This document shows positions 23,098 to 36,634 of a DNA stretch of 64,000 bases, piece by piece (within the stretch, counting starts at the first letter, position 1; every line of letters starts with the position of its first letter). The DNA is taken from positions 177,435,076 through 177,499,075 of the forward strand of contig NC_064433.1 in the NCBI RefSeq assembly GCF_023343835.1, given 5' to 3'. The notes under the pieces were generated by a model. The model was not told where the DNA came from and searched no databases. It saw only the letters and a program-made list of their open reading frames with translations. The stretch is from Lagopus muta (taxonomy: Eukaryota). The position numbers and the translations under genes are program-made.

Positions 23098-25532
23098 CTA
23101 AAGAGAAAAACAAATCTTATGTAATGTAATTACTGAATCAAATCATTAAGTCATACGATCTCTTTTCTACTTCTCATACCATTTAAGATATCTTGGTTTT
23201 AATTTTTACTGCACGTTTTTTGAATTTAAATACTTTTAATTCCATACTTTTTTCAGGATATGGACCAACTGACAGTGACTGAGCCAATGAAGGTGCTGCT
23301 GAATTACAGATTTCCCAATAATATTTGAGGAAATTACAAGGCATATGAGTGTCTCCATATCCTAATGCAAGGATGTGAAGAGAAATTAACTAATGTCCAA
23401 CACTAATAAGGATCATTAAAATGACGTTAACTAATTGATTCATCTAATTAACCTCAGTCTCAGCAGAACTGTTTAGTATGGGCACAATCATCTTACAGCT
23501 AAATCCAGAATCAATTAGGGAATCTTACTTTCTGGAAAACATAATCAATATGATAATACTTATCAGCTCTGCTCCCCAGCTCTGACTGCTATGAAGCTAT
23601 AGACAAAGAGAGCTTTAGGGAGTATTACAGGAGAACAATTAAGCAGATGAAAGTTATTGTGAGTGAGAAACAATATTACGTGTTGATTCTTTGTCAGACA
23701 GGTAGATTCAGTCCTGACAGCATTATAGCATTGTTTTAGAGAAACCTACTGAACTGTCACCAAATCTCCTTGAGAAAAAATTGTACAAATAGTAAGGCTA
23801 TGTTTCATAACAGGAACACATAACATCTAGTGGAAGCTGTCTCTGCCCATGGCAGGGGGTTGGAACTGCATAGTCTTTGAGATCCTTTCCACTACAAATT
23901 ATTTTATGATTCTATGATTTTTTTCATTCACTTGAATTGTCACAGACAGAACTGTGATAATGATGACTATTCTGTACTAATACAGCCTTCTAAACAACTC
24001 TGTTGACACAGAAGTACCAACCACAGAGCCAACTTCTCTTTCACAACTCTTTTCCAATTCATTGTTTAACAATGTAACACATTAAACACAGATCCCACCT
24101 CCTGAAAGCAGACTGCTGCACATTAGCACCATCATATTTGTGTTACAGGTCTTGAGGAACTATTAAAAGCCATGTCTCCTTAGCCTATCAGCACTGAGAC
24201 AATCCATCCCCAGGCCTAATTCTGTCATTACAAGAAAATGAAGGTAAATATGCTGAAAATGAACACAATATGACTGTAAGTACTTTAAAAAGGATGTTAG
24301 CATGTAAGGAGGCACGCACGCACTATCTGCTCTTTATTGTGAGTTGATGCAAATTCTGTTATAGTTAAAACGTGTGATTACACTGGAAGTGTACTGGGAT
24401 GCTTGGCCCATGGGCTGAGGGGTGCTTGTGCAGTGCTGTTAGAGGGCTCATGGCTGTGAGAACTGGGGAATGTTGGCAGAGCCATGCAGAAGGTAAAAGA
24501 TGTTCTAGAAGAACAGGACCCTACCATTGGTGTCCATTGGTCTCTATTTTGATGCATTCCCTCCCAAGGAATAGTAAGAAGCTAATACTATCTGACTCCT
24601 CCCCACTTATGCCTGGCAATGTGAAATACCTAGCTGTAAGCCTTTTTTTCCAAAGTCATTTCAGGTGTGTACATACCTTGCCTTTAAAAAAAAAAAACAA
24701 AAAAAACAACAAAACTGAACAATTGAAGTACATTACAATGAATTTCAATGAGGTTTTACTTGTTCCTGAGGTCTCTAACACAGATAGCTCATAACAAATG
24801 TTCCCAAGCTACATTCTCTCTAATATTGCCATCATTGTAGAAGATCTGAGCTAAGTTACAGTGATAGCAGTTGCTCTTGCTCCCCTCCTCTGGACTGGAA
24901 GCACACATGTAATAGAGAAATCATGTCTCCTTTCTCCTGTCTCCATTTGGGAGGAGGAAGTGTGAATTTGGATGTTTAGCAAAAAAAGTTGACACAGTCA
25001 CTCCCTGATTTGCCCTGAAAGACAGAAACTGGTTTGGAGAGGAGGAGGTTCATTTTCACATCATTTTGAAGTAGCTTGCATTCCAGCAGTGAAATGTACC
25101 ACAGGTTTGGGAACCTAATGCTTACACTGTCTTTACAAAAGAAATGAAAATGCAATAATGAAATTGTACAACTATAAATGTTACATTGAAATTCCACTAC
25201 CGAAATCACACTAAACCAAAACATGAAATGCAACGTTTTAAAGTATTAACTCTCATACTTTCTGATTTTACCTTTAAAAAGTAAAGTTGTTATAATGAGG
25301 AAAGATATGAATAGGTAAGGCTATCTGAACATAGAATTAACTTTACTGTAGGTATTTTACTCTACGTATTTTTCTTTTTGGTTATTAAAGATATGCAAAC
25401 ATTTCTGCATTTAATCTAAATATATACAGATCTTTAAGATAGCACCCAAGCATCTGGCACTTCCCAGCTTTCTAATCTCTCACTTCAAATAAAATACCAG
25501 TGCTTTAAAAGAAAATCCAACGCAGTGCTTAC

Positions 25533-25720
25533 CCAACACCACATGTGAATAACCTCGTATGGTGGACATTATCTTTCACAAGCTGGAAGGTCACACTCTC
25601 ATTCTGAATGTGTCCATCAGATATAAGAAGAATGTTACGATGTCCTTGAGAAGGAAATAGCAAACTTAAGTAACGCAAGCTCTTCCATAAATCAGTGTTT
25701 CCCATTGTTGCTGTAGCAGA
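25533..25720 (-). CDS. PARP4: PARP4 exon (vWA domain, C-terminal part).
   Basis: SATATMGNTDLWKSLRYLSLLFPSQGHRNILLISDGHIQNESVTFQLVKDNVHHTRLFTCGVG. Acceptor cttttcag|TCT, donor GG|GTAAGC. It matches human SATPTMGNTDFWKTLRYLSLLYPARGSRNILLVSDGHLQDESLTLQLVKRSRPHTRLFACGIG. Confidence 0.75.
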
Positions 25721-26821
25721 CTGAAAAGTAAAGTATTAAAATGTTAGTTTGAACTTGATTTATCTTTTCTAAAATAACACCTAATACATAATTGATTTGT
25801 TACTTACTATATATTTATTTAACTATGAACTATTAATTATTAATTTTTATTTTGTTTCTGCTCTTCCGTAATTATTAGAGGTGGAGCTTGAGGTTGATGG
25901 CATTCAGTATCTTCTCTGGTTTAAGCAATAAACATTTTTCATAGGCAAAATGCATAACAGCAATTATAAATCTTCCCAAAATTCTCAGAAATTTCAGTAA
26001 TCCGTGCTTTGGGAATTTCTGGAGTTTTTATCCACATTACTGCATCCACAAGCTGTTTACAGCTCTATCTTTTAATCTGCCTATCCCACTTCTGAACTGA
26101 AGGATAATTTGCCCTCAAGTGTGACAAGAACGCTTTAGTTTTTCTTTGAAATCTGCTGATGGATCATTTGCTGGGTGTGCTATGACCATCAGAGGTGAGG
26201 AACAGCAAATAACCATTCCTATTCTCCTCTCCCTCTCTGTTTATCCTGGAAGAGATGACTGTGTAAGGATGCAACTGAAACTAAAAAAAATCAGGAAAAG
26301 TCTTTTCCTCATACAGCATGTCTTCCATATACCTGGCTATCTTTGCTTTCTCTATCTCCAGCCCTTTGTTTTGAGACGGAGTGACCAGAAGTATCTACAG
26401 TATTCAAGACACCAGAGCAACACAGATTTATACAGCTACCTAAGTGTTTGCCTGTTTGCCTGCTGCTGAATGGTGGGCCCTGGTTTAAAAAGGGCTATTT
26501 AATGTGGTTCCAGCATCTCTCTACTGCAGCAAGCCCAACATCATACAGGTACAGTTAGCACCTGTTTCCCCTCTGTGTTACTTTGCATCAATCATTTGCA
26601 CCTTATCATGCATTATGTTAGTATCTCAAGTATTATGCTAGCATCAAGAAGCTTTATTTACAGATGAAGAGCATACTATAACATAGAACAAACCAAACCT
26701 GTTCATCCTAAATAGTTTACATCTGATCTTCTGATGACAAAAGCATTTTTTTCTCGATAAAAGTCCTCTGGCCCATCTAAATGCTGCCTTCTTTTACAAA
26801 CGATAAAGCTTAACATCAGGA

Positions 26822-27010
26822 AGCGCTTCTTTACTGTGCAGGTAACAAAGTATTGGAACAGACTAAGAAACTGTAAACTCTCCCTCCTTGGAGATCTTCA
26901 AAAGCCACCTAGACATGGTGCTGGGCAACCTGATTTAGGTGTCCCAGCTCAAGCAGAGGTTGGAGCAGATGACTTTCTTCCAGCCTCAGCCATTCTGTGA
27001 TTATATGAAG
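26822..27010 (+). mobile_element. CR1 LINE 3' fragment.
   Basis: ...ggagatcttcaaaagccacctagacatggtgctgggcaacctg...cagccattctgtgatt is the CR1 3' terminus. Confidence 0.6.
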
Positions 27011-27642
27011 TAAATAATTTCCCCTCTTCTGCTGTGGGCAGGCAACAAGGAGCATGAGCTCCAAAGGATTATTTTAGCGGGAAACATTGTAATTCTTTCC
27101 TAATACAGATACCTACTTACTTTCAAAATAACAACTTAAGCAATTACTTTAAACCATAGTGGAATTAATATTTAGATGTGGTTGTGCTTGTTACTAGGGT
27201 AAATAATTATAAAAATTATAACATTATTTAAAAAAATCCTTAGAAGCTAGCCTAAAGAAAAGAAAAAGTTGGGTAACTTTTGTAATGATAACCATTCCTT
27301 TCCAAGAAGTGTTCTGTAGTATACAACCAAATTGATTTACTTACTGTAATAAACTCAGTTAGTGATGCCAAATCCTTGAAGGTATTCTTTGAAAATGAAG
27401 AAAATTCTGAGAAATCTGTAAACAAAGATAGATATTAAGAGCACTGAAATATTAGTATTTATCAATGCTTGGTAACACAAGTTTAAGTTTCATGACTAGA
27501 ATATCAGGATAGAAATGCATCACACTACTACATGTTCCAAGTCGCAGTGTATTAAGTTGGTTTGATAATAATGATGCACATAAAATTGAGTCATGGCAAG
27601 TAAAAGGTGGCTTACAGTTAGGAAAGAAACAAAGAAACTCAC

Positions 27643-27838
27643 TTGTGCCAAATTTGATTACATTTACATTTTGTCTGGAACTAAGCAGTTTTAAGGCATG
27701 TAAAGCAATCTGCTTTGCTTGCAATAGAGCTGAACCTGCCATAGAATTTGAGCAATCTAGTAAAATAATAATTTCACTGGACAGCTGCTCTTCATCAAAT
27801 GCTGCTTCGAACTCTGGTTGGAATACAAGCATGCAAGC
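27643..27838 (-). CDS. PARP4: PARP4 exon (vWA domain, N-terminal part with the DxSxS MIDAS motif).
   Basis: ACMLVFQPEFEAAFDEEQLSSEIIILLDCSNSMAGSALLQAKQIALHALKLLSSRQNVNVIKFGT. Acceptor ctctctttgtag|GCT, donor A|GTGAGT. It matches human ACMLVFQPDLDVDLPDLASESEVIICLDCSSSMEGVTFLQAKQIALHALSLVGEKQKVNIIQFGT. Confidence 0.75.
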
Positions 27839-28415
27839 CTACAAAGAGAGAAACAGAATCAGTGCAGTGAACAAATACTTTTTCACTGGAAATGTACCCA
27901 CGCATCTTCATTTTCCTCATTACGAATGAGAGTAGAATAAAGTAATATTTGAAAAATTTACCAAATATATTTCATTTACTTTAAATTCTTGAAAAGTGCA
28001 ATTTTCCTGTGCTTTACCTATACCTCAAGCTCCACATGAAAAATTGAAAACAGAATATTTTTTGTTTAATTTTACAATCCAATTCACTCGTTGGCAAACA
28101 GCATTCAGTTCTTTACACCAATTTAAAAACAATTTACAGGTATTGTCTTCTGTTGTCATAACTGCCATCATCCACTTAAGCAGTACGGTCACATTTCTGA
28201 GAAGTACAAGCAGCAGCACAACAGTTTGTTAGAAAAATGTGTTTCAACTGAAATGTGAATGGACACTGTTGAAAATGCACCTCAACCTTCACTCCATTCC
28301 AAGGCAAAGGATAAAAGAAAATCACCAAGATTCTGTTGAACAGTGCCTATGGTGTCCATCTATTTATTATGTTTTAACATATTACCTCATGAACTCTATG
28401 ACAGGTGTGCCATAC

Positions 28416-28553
28416 CTCACTATTTTTGTTGGGATGCTTCTCTACCCACATTCGGGGTGCGTAGGCATGAGAAATCCATATATCTAGACCAAAGCCACTG
28501 CTGTCCAAAGAACTGTTGTCTACGGTCTTAATTACAGCCTTGCATTCTGTTTT
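28416..28553 (-). CDS. PARP4: PARP4 exon.
   Basis: KTECKAVIKTVDNSSLDSSGFGLDIWISHAYAPRMWVEKHPNKNSE (46 codons). Acceptor cctctcttccag|AAA, donor GAG|GTATGG. It matches human KRTDCKAVISTMEGSSLDSSGFSLHIGLSAAYLPRMWVEKHPEKESE. Confidence 0.7.
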
Positions 28554-29089
28554 CTGGAAGAGAGGAAAAAACAGGCATAATCTCAGTTTATAACTGTACA
28601 GTGAATATGCTTTACTTGTACAAAATAAAATTGTGATTCGTGAGGATAGGGAATGAAAACAAAACATTTAATAGGGGTAGTAACAGAGATCTTTTCTAGA
28701 AAGATTATATTAATCTTTAAAGGTATAGCTGCTATTTACATACTATATTCTTTCAAACATCATTCACTTGAAGACAAACAAAACAAAAAGGATTCAAAAC
28801 AACAGAATTATTCATCTGAGAAAAACAGAACCTATCAGTTTGAGGAATGAATACTGCACAAAGTCACACAAATCTTGCACACATATTTCCTAGGATTAAA
28901 GTTCCTTTTAAAATGCATGGCAGAACTTCTAAGGCAGAGGAACAGCTATAGAGAAATTAATTTACCTTTATCTTAAGTTTATGCGTCCAACTGTGTAGGC
29001 TTTCAATGCTATATGGCATCTCAATAGACATATCCAAGGAGAATCTGCTAAATAAGGAGAGTAGAAGTAAATGGTGGTCATTTGAATTA

Positions 29090-29890
29090 CAGAATCACAA
29101 AATGCAGGGCTGGAAGGAACCTCTGGAGATCCTTCAATCCAACCCTCTCCTAAATTAGGTTTCCCTATAGCAGGAAAGCATCCAGGTTGGTTTTGAGTAT
29201 CTCCAGAGATGGAAACTCCACAATCTCTCTGAGCAGCCTGTTCCAGTGTTCTGTCACTCTGACAGTAAAGCAGTTCTTTCTTGTGTTAGTATGGAACTTG
29301 CTAGTTAGTTAGTTAGTTAGTTAGTTAGTGGTTAGACCCTGGAACAGGCTGCCCAGGGAGGTTGTGGATGCCCCGTCCTTGGACGTGTTTAAGGCCAGGT
29401 TGGACGGGGTCCTGGGCAACCTGATCTGAATGTGTATGTTTGGTGGCCCTGCTAGGCAGGGGGGGTTGGAACTACATGATCCTTGGGGTCCCTTCCAACC
29501 CGGGTGATTCTGTGATTCTGTGATTCTGTGATTCTGTGATTCTGTGATTGCTGTGTTCCACTGTGTACCTGTTGCCTCTTGTCCTGTCACCAGGCACCAC
29601 TGAAAGAGCTTGGCCTCATCCACCGAGCTCCCACTCATTAGATATTTATGAGTGTTGACGAGATGCCCTCTCAGTCTTTTCTCTAGGCTGAACAGTCTCT
29701 CAGCTCCCTCTAAGGGAGGTGCTCCAGGCCCCTAATCATCTTTGCAGCCCTCTGCTGTACTCTCCTGTGGTTCTCTGTCTTTCTTGAACTTGGGAACCCA
29801 GAACTGGACAGAGGACTCCAGTTGTGGCCTCATGAGGGCAGAGTAGAGGGGAAGGATCGCCTCCCTAGACCTGCTGGTCACGCTCTTTTT
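29090..29890 (-). mobile_element. CR1 LINE 3' fragment, interrupted by a nested plus-strand CR1 fragment at 29330-29548.
   Basis: Reverse-complement CR1 sequence lies on both sides of the insertion (cacaaaatgcagggctggaagg... and ...ccaggcaccactgaaagagcttggcctcatcc...). The nested copy carries ggaacaggctgcccagggaggttgtggatgcc...ccttccaaccc(gtgattct)5. Confidence 0.65.
29302..29330. repeat. (TAGT)n microsatellite at the CR1/CR1 junction.
   Basis: ctagttagttagttagttagttagttagtg. Confidence 0.9.
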
Positions 29891-32800
29891 AACATACTTC
29901 TGTATTAATGTGTGTGGTTATTCCTTCCCAGATGGAGAGGACTCTACACTTGCCCTTGTTGAAGCTCATGAGGTTCCTCTCCACCGAAATAATGATTAAT
30001 CTGCATGCCAGGATGTCACTACGAGAATGAGCTATGTTTCCTGTCCTATTTAACTGTCTAGATGGAATGAAGAATTCTGAACTACTTCGACAAATTTCTG
30101 TCCGAAAGAGTTACCATGCTGATTCCCAATGGGCATTCACAGGTTAAAAGGTCAGAATGGAGAAGACGTCGTTTGACATGACTGTCTGTATAATATGTTA
30201 TGTAATGCAACCAACTATCTCTTCATTTTACCCAATGTTTTTATTTATCTAAAGCGAAACTTCTTAAAAGGCTATTAAACTAGCTTTCAGAGAAGGCAAG
30301 TTCATCATATTTCCCTGTGTAACTGTTTCAACAATCTTCACTGCTAAAACTATACTTATTTTTAATTCAGCTTGAACTTTCAGTCTTCTTCGTTTATTTC
30401 TGTAATGACATCCAAAGCAACTTGATAGGTGGTATCACAGAAAACAAGAAATAAGATGCATACAAAACACAAGATAGCATATAATGTTTCATGGAAACAC
30501 TTCCCAGATTGTAGCTGGAGCTCAATGTGTGTGGCCTACAGGCTGTTTTCGTTGGAGGTGATGGGTTTTTTTCTTCGTTGTTTTTTAAATTTCAGCCAGT
30601 CTGGCCTCATAAGTTTATTTTCTCTCTTCACTACTTCTTTGTTAGCACATTTTGGGATTGCATTAGCTACTTTTGCCATATTATCACAATGGTTGTGCAT
30701 TCCAGGTTGTTTACTTACCACAATGCTGGGTTACAGATAGTCACTATATTCCAGGATATAATCTCCCAAGCTGTAGGTCTGTAGGGCTACAACTATTTCC
30801 TCAGTATGTAGTTTTGCATTAGCCAGCCTTACAACACTTTTGTCCAATGAGTCCCCTTTAAAAAATACTCTTGACTATTTGGAGTCCTAACCTTGGTATT
30901 ATTGAATGTACGATGGATTTGTGCATCCTTTGCAATGTGTAAGAGCAATTATTTTCTACCTATAGTCACACCTCCATTATCCTTAAGGTGCTTGTGGATA
31001 AAATGTACAGTGGGTATGTACAGTCCCAGAGCAGCTGCAGAACCAGACTGAAGCCAGAAAATATATATCACTAAGCATTATAGAAATGTTTGCAGCTATC
31101 TTGAATGTCTTTGTATTGCTGATTCTAGGACCTGATTCTGGAAAGAGTGAAGTAGTGATACCTGAGCTCAGTCCTCACACAGTAACTGTTCTTAAGTGTT
31201 TCCCCACTTACTATATTTTCTAGCTGAATTATCCTTTCACAACAAAATTAAATTAAATCATTATTTTAAATACCTTTTCTACAACAGGATGTGTTTTGTA
31301 AGAACTTGTAAATTTGTTCTTGATGTATTTATGCCAGAAATGGCACCAGATCTTTAGCAAGTCAGTACAGTATTTCTACTAACCAACAGTAATTGTACTG
31401 AATAAAAGCAAGGTAATAATAGGGAGCATTATTTCAGGATTAAATACAAGTTGAGAAAATTGCAATGGATGTGGCTTTGTGCCAGCTTTGCAGATAGAGC
31501 AGAGAAGAAACAAGAACATGCTCATGAAAAACTCTTTTCATGTGCTTCTAGTAAGGAAAATTCAATTCCCTGAAAAACATAAGTTTTAACATATTTACTG
31601 CTACCTGCATTCCTTGTGATTCTGATGGAGGATGGCCTTATGCAGAAACATTTCTGGGAATATTTTGTTTACGAGAAGTCTTACTTTGACAACAGCATTA
31701 TAGTTTCAGATAATTGTATTTTTAATTTAAAATGCAAGTGCAAAGGCTAAAATGTTAAGTGCAGTGATACTGAAAATATGAAGATCATGTAGGCTCATTA
31801 AGCTTTGTGACTTGGGAATTTATGTATAATCCTTAGTAACGGAAATGTCTCTGAAACAAAGGGAAGTATTTGTGATATTACCAATCTAAGGATAACAACA
31901 GATAAGAAAGAAAGATGAAATTAAACTAGTCTCTCAATGCAAATTTCAGAGTAAATAGAACAAGGTTAAACACACACATTTTAAGTGAATGATTTAAAGG
32001 TATAATAAGTAAAATAACATTAATGAAAGCAACTTACTTTTTCAGTGTTTCTACTTGTTTAACACAAATCTTTTTTATTGTATCCTACAAAAAAAAAAAA
32101 AAATCTTATATTGCACCAGTTACGAAATCTTGGCATGTAATTCCCGATACTTCTGATACTTCAGCTGGAGCTCCTTCTATCACTAAAATGGGATTGCCTG
32201 CAACCTTCTTTACGTCATTCATTCATACAGCCTTGTCATCCAAGTATCAGTGCAGCTAAAATTCAGCTGAATTTGCATGTGCTTGTCTCCCAGAGGCACA
32301 GTGAACTTCAGAACTCCCAGTAATACAGCTCTGAAGCAGAAAGCACGACTAGTCAGACATATGACACAGCTATATGAGCTCATGAGGACTAGGACCACAA
32401 GGACCACCTGTGGCTCCTTGCCAGCATTTAAACAGAGATGACCTCCCCTCCCACCTGTACAATTCATGAGCCATCAGGGACATCAAAAGAAACAGATGGG
32501 AAACCTTATCAGAGAAATAAGATGGATAAAAGAGAGTGTTCAGCAGATGCTTAGCTGCTGTTTAATGATGGAGATTCACAATGCCTGATTTCCTAAAGCG
32601 CTTTAAAGGAGGAACAGAAGCACAGATACAGCAGATAACTCAAAATACAAAATTTAGTTTAACCATGTTCCAACTCAAGTCAACTTCTGAAGTTCTGCCT
32701 GAGTAAATAAATCCTTAGACATCCTACAGGCTTTCCACCAATCACACCACTCCTAAGTTTGTGTTCACAATGCTTTGTCATAACAAGAGTGACACAAATG

Positions 32801-33582
32801 ATTATCTTTTAATAAAAAGAGAAGAAACTAAAAGGCAATCATGAACTTAGTCTTGTGTGACTGCAATCCCTTAAGCACAATTTTTTTTTGCTTCAAAAGA
32901 AGATGCTATTTCAAGATTGTATTCCAACAAACCTGTGTGTTTTCATTCAGTGCTTTGTCCTGTTGCCATGGGGACACAGAGGCAGGCATATGAAAGGTGA
33001 TACAACCATTCTGGCAACTCAGTTCAGTGATATAGGTGACTTTGATCAGTACTGTAGAGTTTGGACATATATTTCCAACAGTTATTACAAAAATATCCTA
33101 AAAAAAAAAAGAAAGACTATCTTTAATGATATTATTAAAGCCCAGGTTGTCCAAAACAATAATTTAATTGATGGTTAAGCACACTTAAACCAAAGGCTAA
33201 CAAAGAAAATACCACTTGGTTTTGCAGAAGTGCAATGAAAAATGACAGTAAGACAAGAAATGTTAAGCTTTCAATAGCTCTTTGAGATTTCGGGGCAAAA
33301 CTAATCAAAAATAACTGAATTTAAAAGTCTGTTATTAAAATAAAAAAAAGTTATGATTTACAAAGTTACAAAGGTAAGCTCCAAGGAGAGAAATATCTCT
33401 TTTATACAAGGTGTGGTGCATGTTTACAGAAAGAGCAATAGTGTTTTACAAGGACCAGATGTATAGTCCAAAGAAATTGCAGCTTCCCAACAAAAACATG
33501 ACTCACAATCAGAAAAGATTTATCTCTAATGTGAGAAATGCAAAATCTTCAAATGGGTCAGAAACCATGATTTCCAACATAC

Positions 33583-33669
33583 CGGTGCATCCTGGTCCAG
33601 TAGATAAGCTCCATCACCTTCATTGATAGCTTTGCGATATTCTCTATGCGCTTGTTGCTTTTCTTTAAC
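33583..33669 (-). CDS. PARP4: PARP4 exon.
   Basis: VKEKQQAHREYRKAINEGDGAYLLDQDAP (29 codons). Donor CCG|GTATGT. It matches human EIKEKEEAQQEYLEAVTQGHGAYLMSQDAP. Confidence 0.6.
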
Positions 33670-33894
33670 CTATGAAATATGTTCCAAAATGAGTGCTTTC
33701 ATCCCTGTATGCAGAACACTTAGCCAATATTCTCTTACATGACATGACTACCTTGCAATCCAGTCAAGGGCTAACAACAAAGAACTTGAGAGAAAACAAA
33801 ACGTTGGTATCGCACATCTTCACTGCTAAACAAGTGCTTTCAAATCCTGAAACTGAAGGAGCTGCATCAAGCTTAATGTACAGTAACATTTTAC

Positions 33895-34026
33895 CTGCCC
33901 AATGATGTGTGTTCCATTGACAAAAGCTTCAAATCCACAAACAGCAGCTTTATCATCCAAAGGAAAAACATACTTAGCTTCAATTGGACTACTGTTTTGA
34001 TTGGTGTAGGTCTGAAACATCACTAC
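33895..34026 (-). CDS. PARP4: PARP4 exon (VIT domain).
   Basis: VVMFQTYTNQNSSPIEAKYVFPLDDKAAVCGFEAFVNGTHIIGQ (44 codons). Acceptor tattcatttcag|GTA, donor CAG|GTAAAA. It matches human VIVFQTYTNKSHVPIEAKYIFPLDDKAAVCGFEAFINGKHIVGE. Confidence 0.75.
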
Positions 34027-35534
34027 CTGAAATGAATATATTTTTTTTTCACAATTCTGCAATTCTGAAACATCAGTATCATCAGTTAGACATCAGTTTA
34101 ACAGAATAATTGCACTGCAAGATACCAACGTGTGCCACAATCTAAAGATCTATTTATACATTAGAAACTAAGGTGTAACATTCACCGGTGCTTGACAAAT
34201 AGATATCTCCTGAACATGCAAGGAGCTGCAGGATTTTTACTCTCTAAATCTTTAATTAAATCTCCTCTAGAAGAAGAGTAAACCATGACCTTATAAAAGT
34301 TATCTGACGTACTAGCAGAGCTGGAGCTGCCAAGGTATTGCCTGTCAATAAGTAGTCACTACTGCCACATGCCTGTAATAGTTTCAAAGCTAGTAACATC
34401 TAAACAAGAAGGAAGAAGAAACCAAACTGCAAAGATCTATTTTTAAGATACTGAAGGGGATGTTTGTGAAAGCCTGTGTTAATTCTGCATGTGTAGCATC
34501 TGTCCTCCAGTGACAGAATTTCTGTCTCTGAGGTAGCAGATTGCATCTGCTTTCTTTTCATATCTGCTCTTCTCTTTACTTCTTTTGTGTCCTAACAAAA
34601 CCCCAGGAATTCCTCATTCCCACTTGCTGCCATTCTTATTGCCCTTTATTATATCATCATTTCTGGTTTATGCTTTGTACCTCAGCTTTATAGGTTGCTT
34701 TTTGCTCTGGTGGACTGGGCAATAGAACAGATGATACTGTAAAGTAATTAATTCCATAGGAAGCAAGACAAAAAAATAAATATAATGCCCCTTGAGAAAA
34801 ACAGAATCAGACCACAGTTGTGAGTGTCAGAATAATTTAATAACTCATGCAACAATAATTCTTTAAACTCTTTTCTCTCCTTTTTTTTTTTTTCCTCTGC
34901 TTTCCTTTTTAAGGCTTCAGGAAAAATGAAAACATGATTTGCTCTTATAAATCTACTTTAGCTCTGGAAACCCCTGAACACAGATTCCTGTGCAGAAAGA
35001 CAGAAACGGCAGAAGTCAGTGGAACTATAGCTTTAGCATGATGAAGACTTAACCAGGCAGAACTCAGTTACAGGGTAGATTGTGGAATTATGCCTCAGGA
35101 TAGAAAAAGGCAGGTGACTTGGTGGAATGTGACCTTAGGGCATACATAGTGGAAAAAAAAAAAGAAACACAAATAAAACCAATCCACAACACCATAGGCT
35201 CTCACTTTTAGCCTGCCAGGTTAACATTTATTAGCTAACTTTAAAACTAGATAGCAAGTTCTTTTGTATTAATTGCTATTTTACTTGCAACAGCTATTTT
35301 AGGTTTTCCAACCACAGGTAAAACCAAAACACATAAATATATTTCCATGCTAGGCATTTCTCACCAGTGTCAGGTGGCAAACTCATCAAAGTCTTTAAAA
35401 GGGAACAGAATACATATGCTGCAGTGGAAAATTTATCTGCAGTTGCAGGAGACAGAAAACTTACAAAAAAAAAGAAAAGCCAAGACTTTCACTGAGCAAG
35501 GAGCTTTTGGCACCTGTATGACAATACATCTCTG

Positions 35535-35818
35535 AGAATTTCAGTGGTGAGTGGAGACAGGACAAGGGGAAATGGCCGGAAACTGGAGCATAGGAAGTTC
35601 CGCACAAACATGCGCAAGAACTTCTTTACAGTGAGGTGACGGAGCACTGGAACAGGCTGCCCAGGGAGGTGGTGGAGTCTCCTTCTCTGGAGATGTTCAA
35701 GACCTGCCTGGATGCCTACCTGTGCGACCTGCTGTAGGGAACCTGCTTTGGCAGGGGGGTTGGACTCGATGATCTCTGGAGGTTGATCAACCCCTACAAT
35801 TCTGTGATTCTGTGATAA
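35535..35818 (+). mobile_element. Young CR1 3' fragment. It is the inverted partner of 45690-45970.
   Basis: ...ggaagttccgcacaaacatgcgcaagaacttctttacagtgaggtgacggagcactggaacaggctgcccagggaggtggtgg...gatcaacccctacaattctgtgattctgtgat. Confidence 0.8.
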
Positions 35819-35966
35819 AAACAGTTTCCACTCAGCTTCAGGACTTCCCTTTATTTAAAGACTGAATTGCCTCTTTTTTTTTTTTTTAATGGTTAAAACA
35901 CTTTTTAAGAACTGAAATAATTTTTCAGGTCTGACATGGAAGAAGACAATACATAGCATACTTTAC

Positions 35967-36091
35967 CTGTGCTACAAAGTCTATTATCCTTGCCTTGATA
36001 TGAACACTTTCCAGAGGAACAGGATTTCCCAGTCTGTCTTGAAGACCAATTTTCACTGTATTTGAAATATTTGCACTGGGTAATTCATAGC
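35967..36091 (-). CDS. PARP4: PARP4 exon.
   Basis: (S)YELPSANISNTVKIGLQDRLGNPVPLESVHIKARIIDFVAQ. Acceptor cttttctttag|GC, donor CAG|GTAAAG. It matches human YQLPDAKTSSSTKAGLQDASGNLVPLEDVHIKGRIIDTVAQ. Confidence 0.65.
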
Positions 36092-36634
36092 CTAAAGAAA
36101 AGAGTGTGTGAAATGTTTAATTTTTTTTTTTAAATGTACATTTGGGAAGCGAGTTTGATAGTAATCCTATATCAATGGCCTGTGTTCATTTATGCAATTC
36201 AGAACATGTAAATTGAAAATAACACTCCTTTTCTGTCATGAATGCTTGCACTGCATTGTTGAGCTGTAGGCTATCTAAGGGATCAAGAGCTCACAATAGG
36301 TCTTTAAGGTCTTACAAGGTCTTTGTATAAAACCTTGCATTTGAATTATTAAAAGACCATTTGATGATTCATGCAGAAGTGCTTCCTGTGCTTCTCTTGA
36401 AACATGCAGTGACAGGAGGAGCTGCAACAACTGCTGGGAAATCGACCTATAAGGAAATCTGCTAAATAGATGCTATACAGATGCTACCTTGTAATGACTA
36501 ATTTAGTAACACCCACAAATAAACTGCAAGTTATCTTTTAATAAGTTGGCTGGATGCAAGAATTCTAAAAGTTGTGACATATTTATAGGGAATGCAGGTA
36601 GCAAGTCAATATGCAAACAGAAAACATTTCTTAC

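Noticed and set aside
26690-26800. Candidate for the missing PARP4 vWA-linker exon (minus frame VCKRRQHLDGPEDFYREKNAFVIRR).
   Set aside because: It has no convincing similarity to the expected ...GYKELFSYPKHITSNTMAAEFIM, and the splice signals and phase do not fit.
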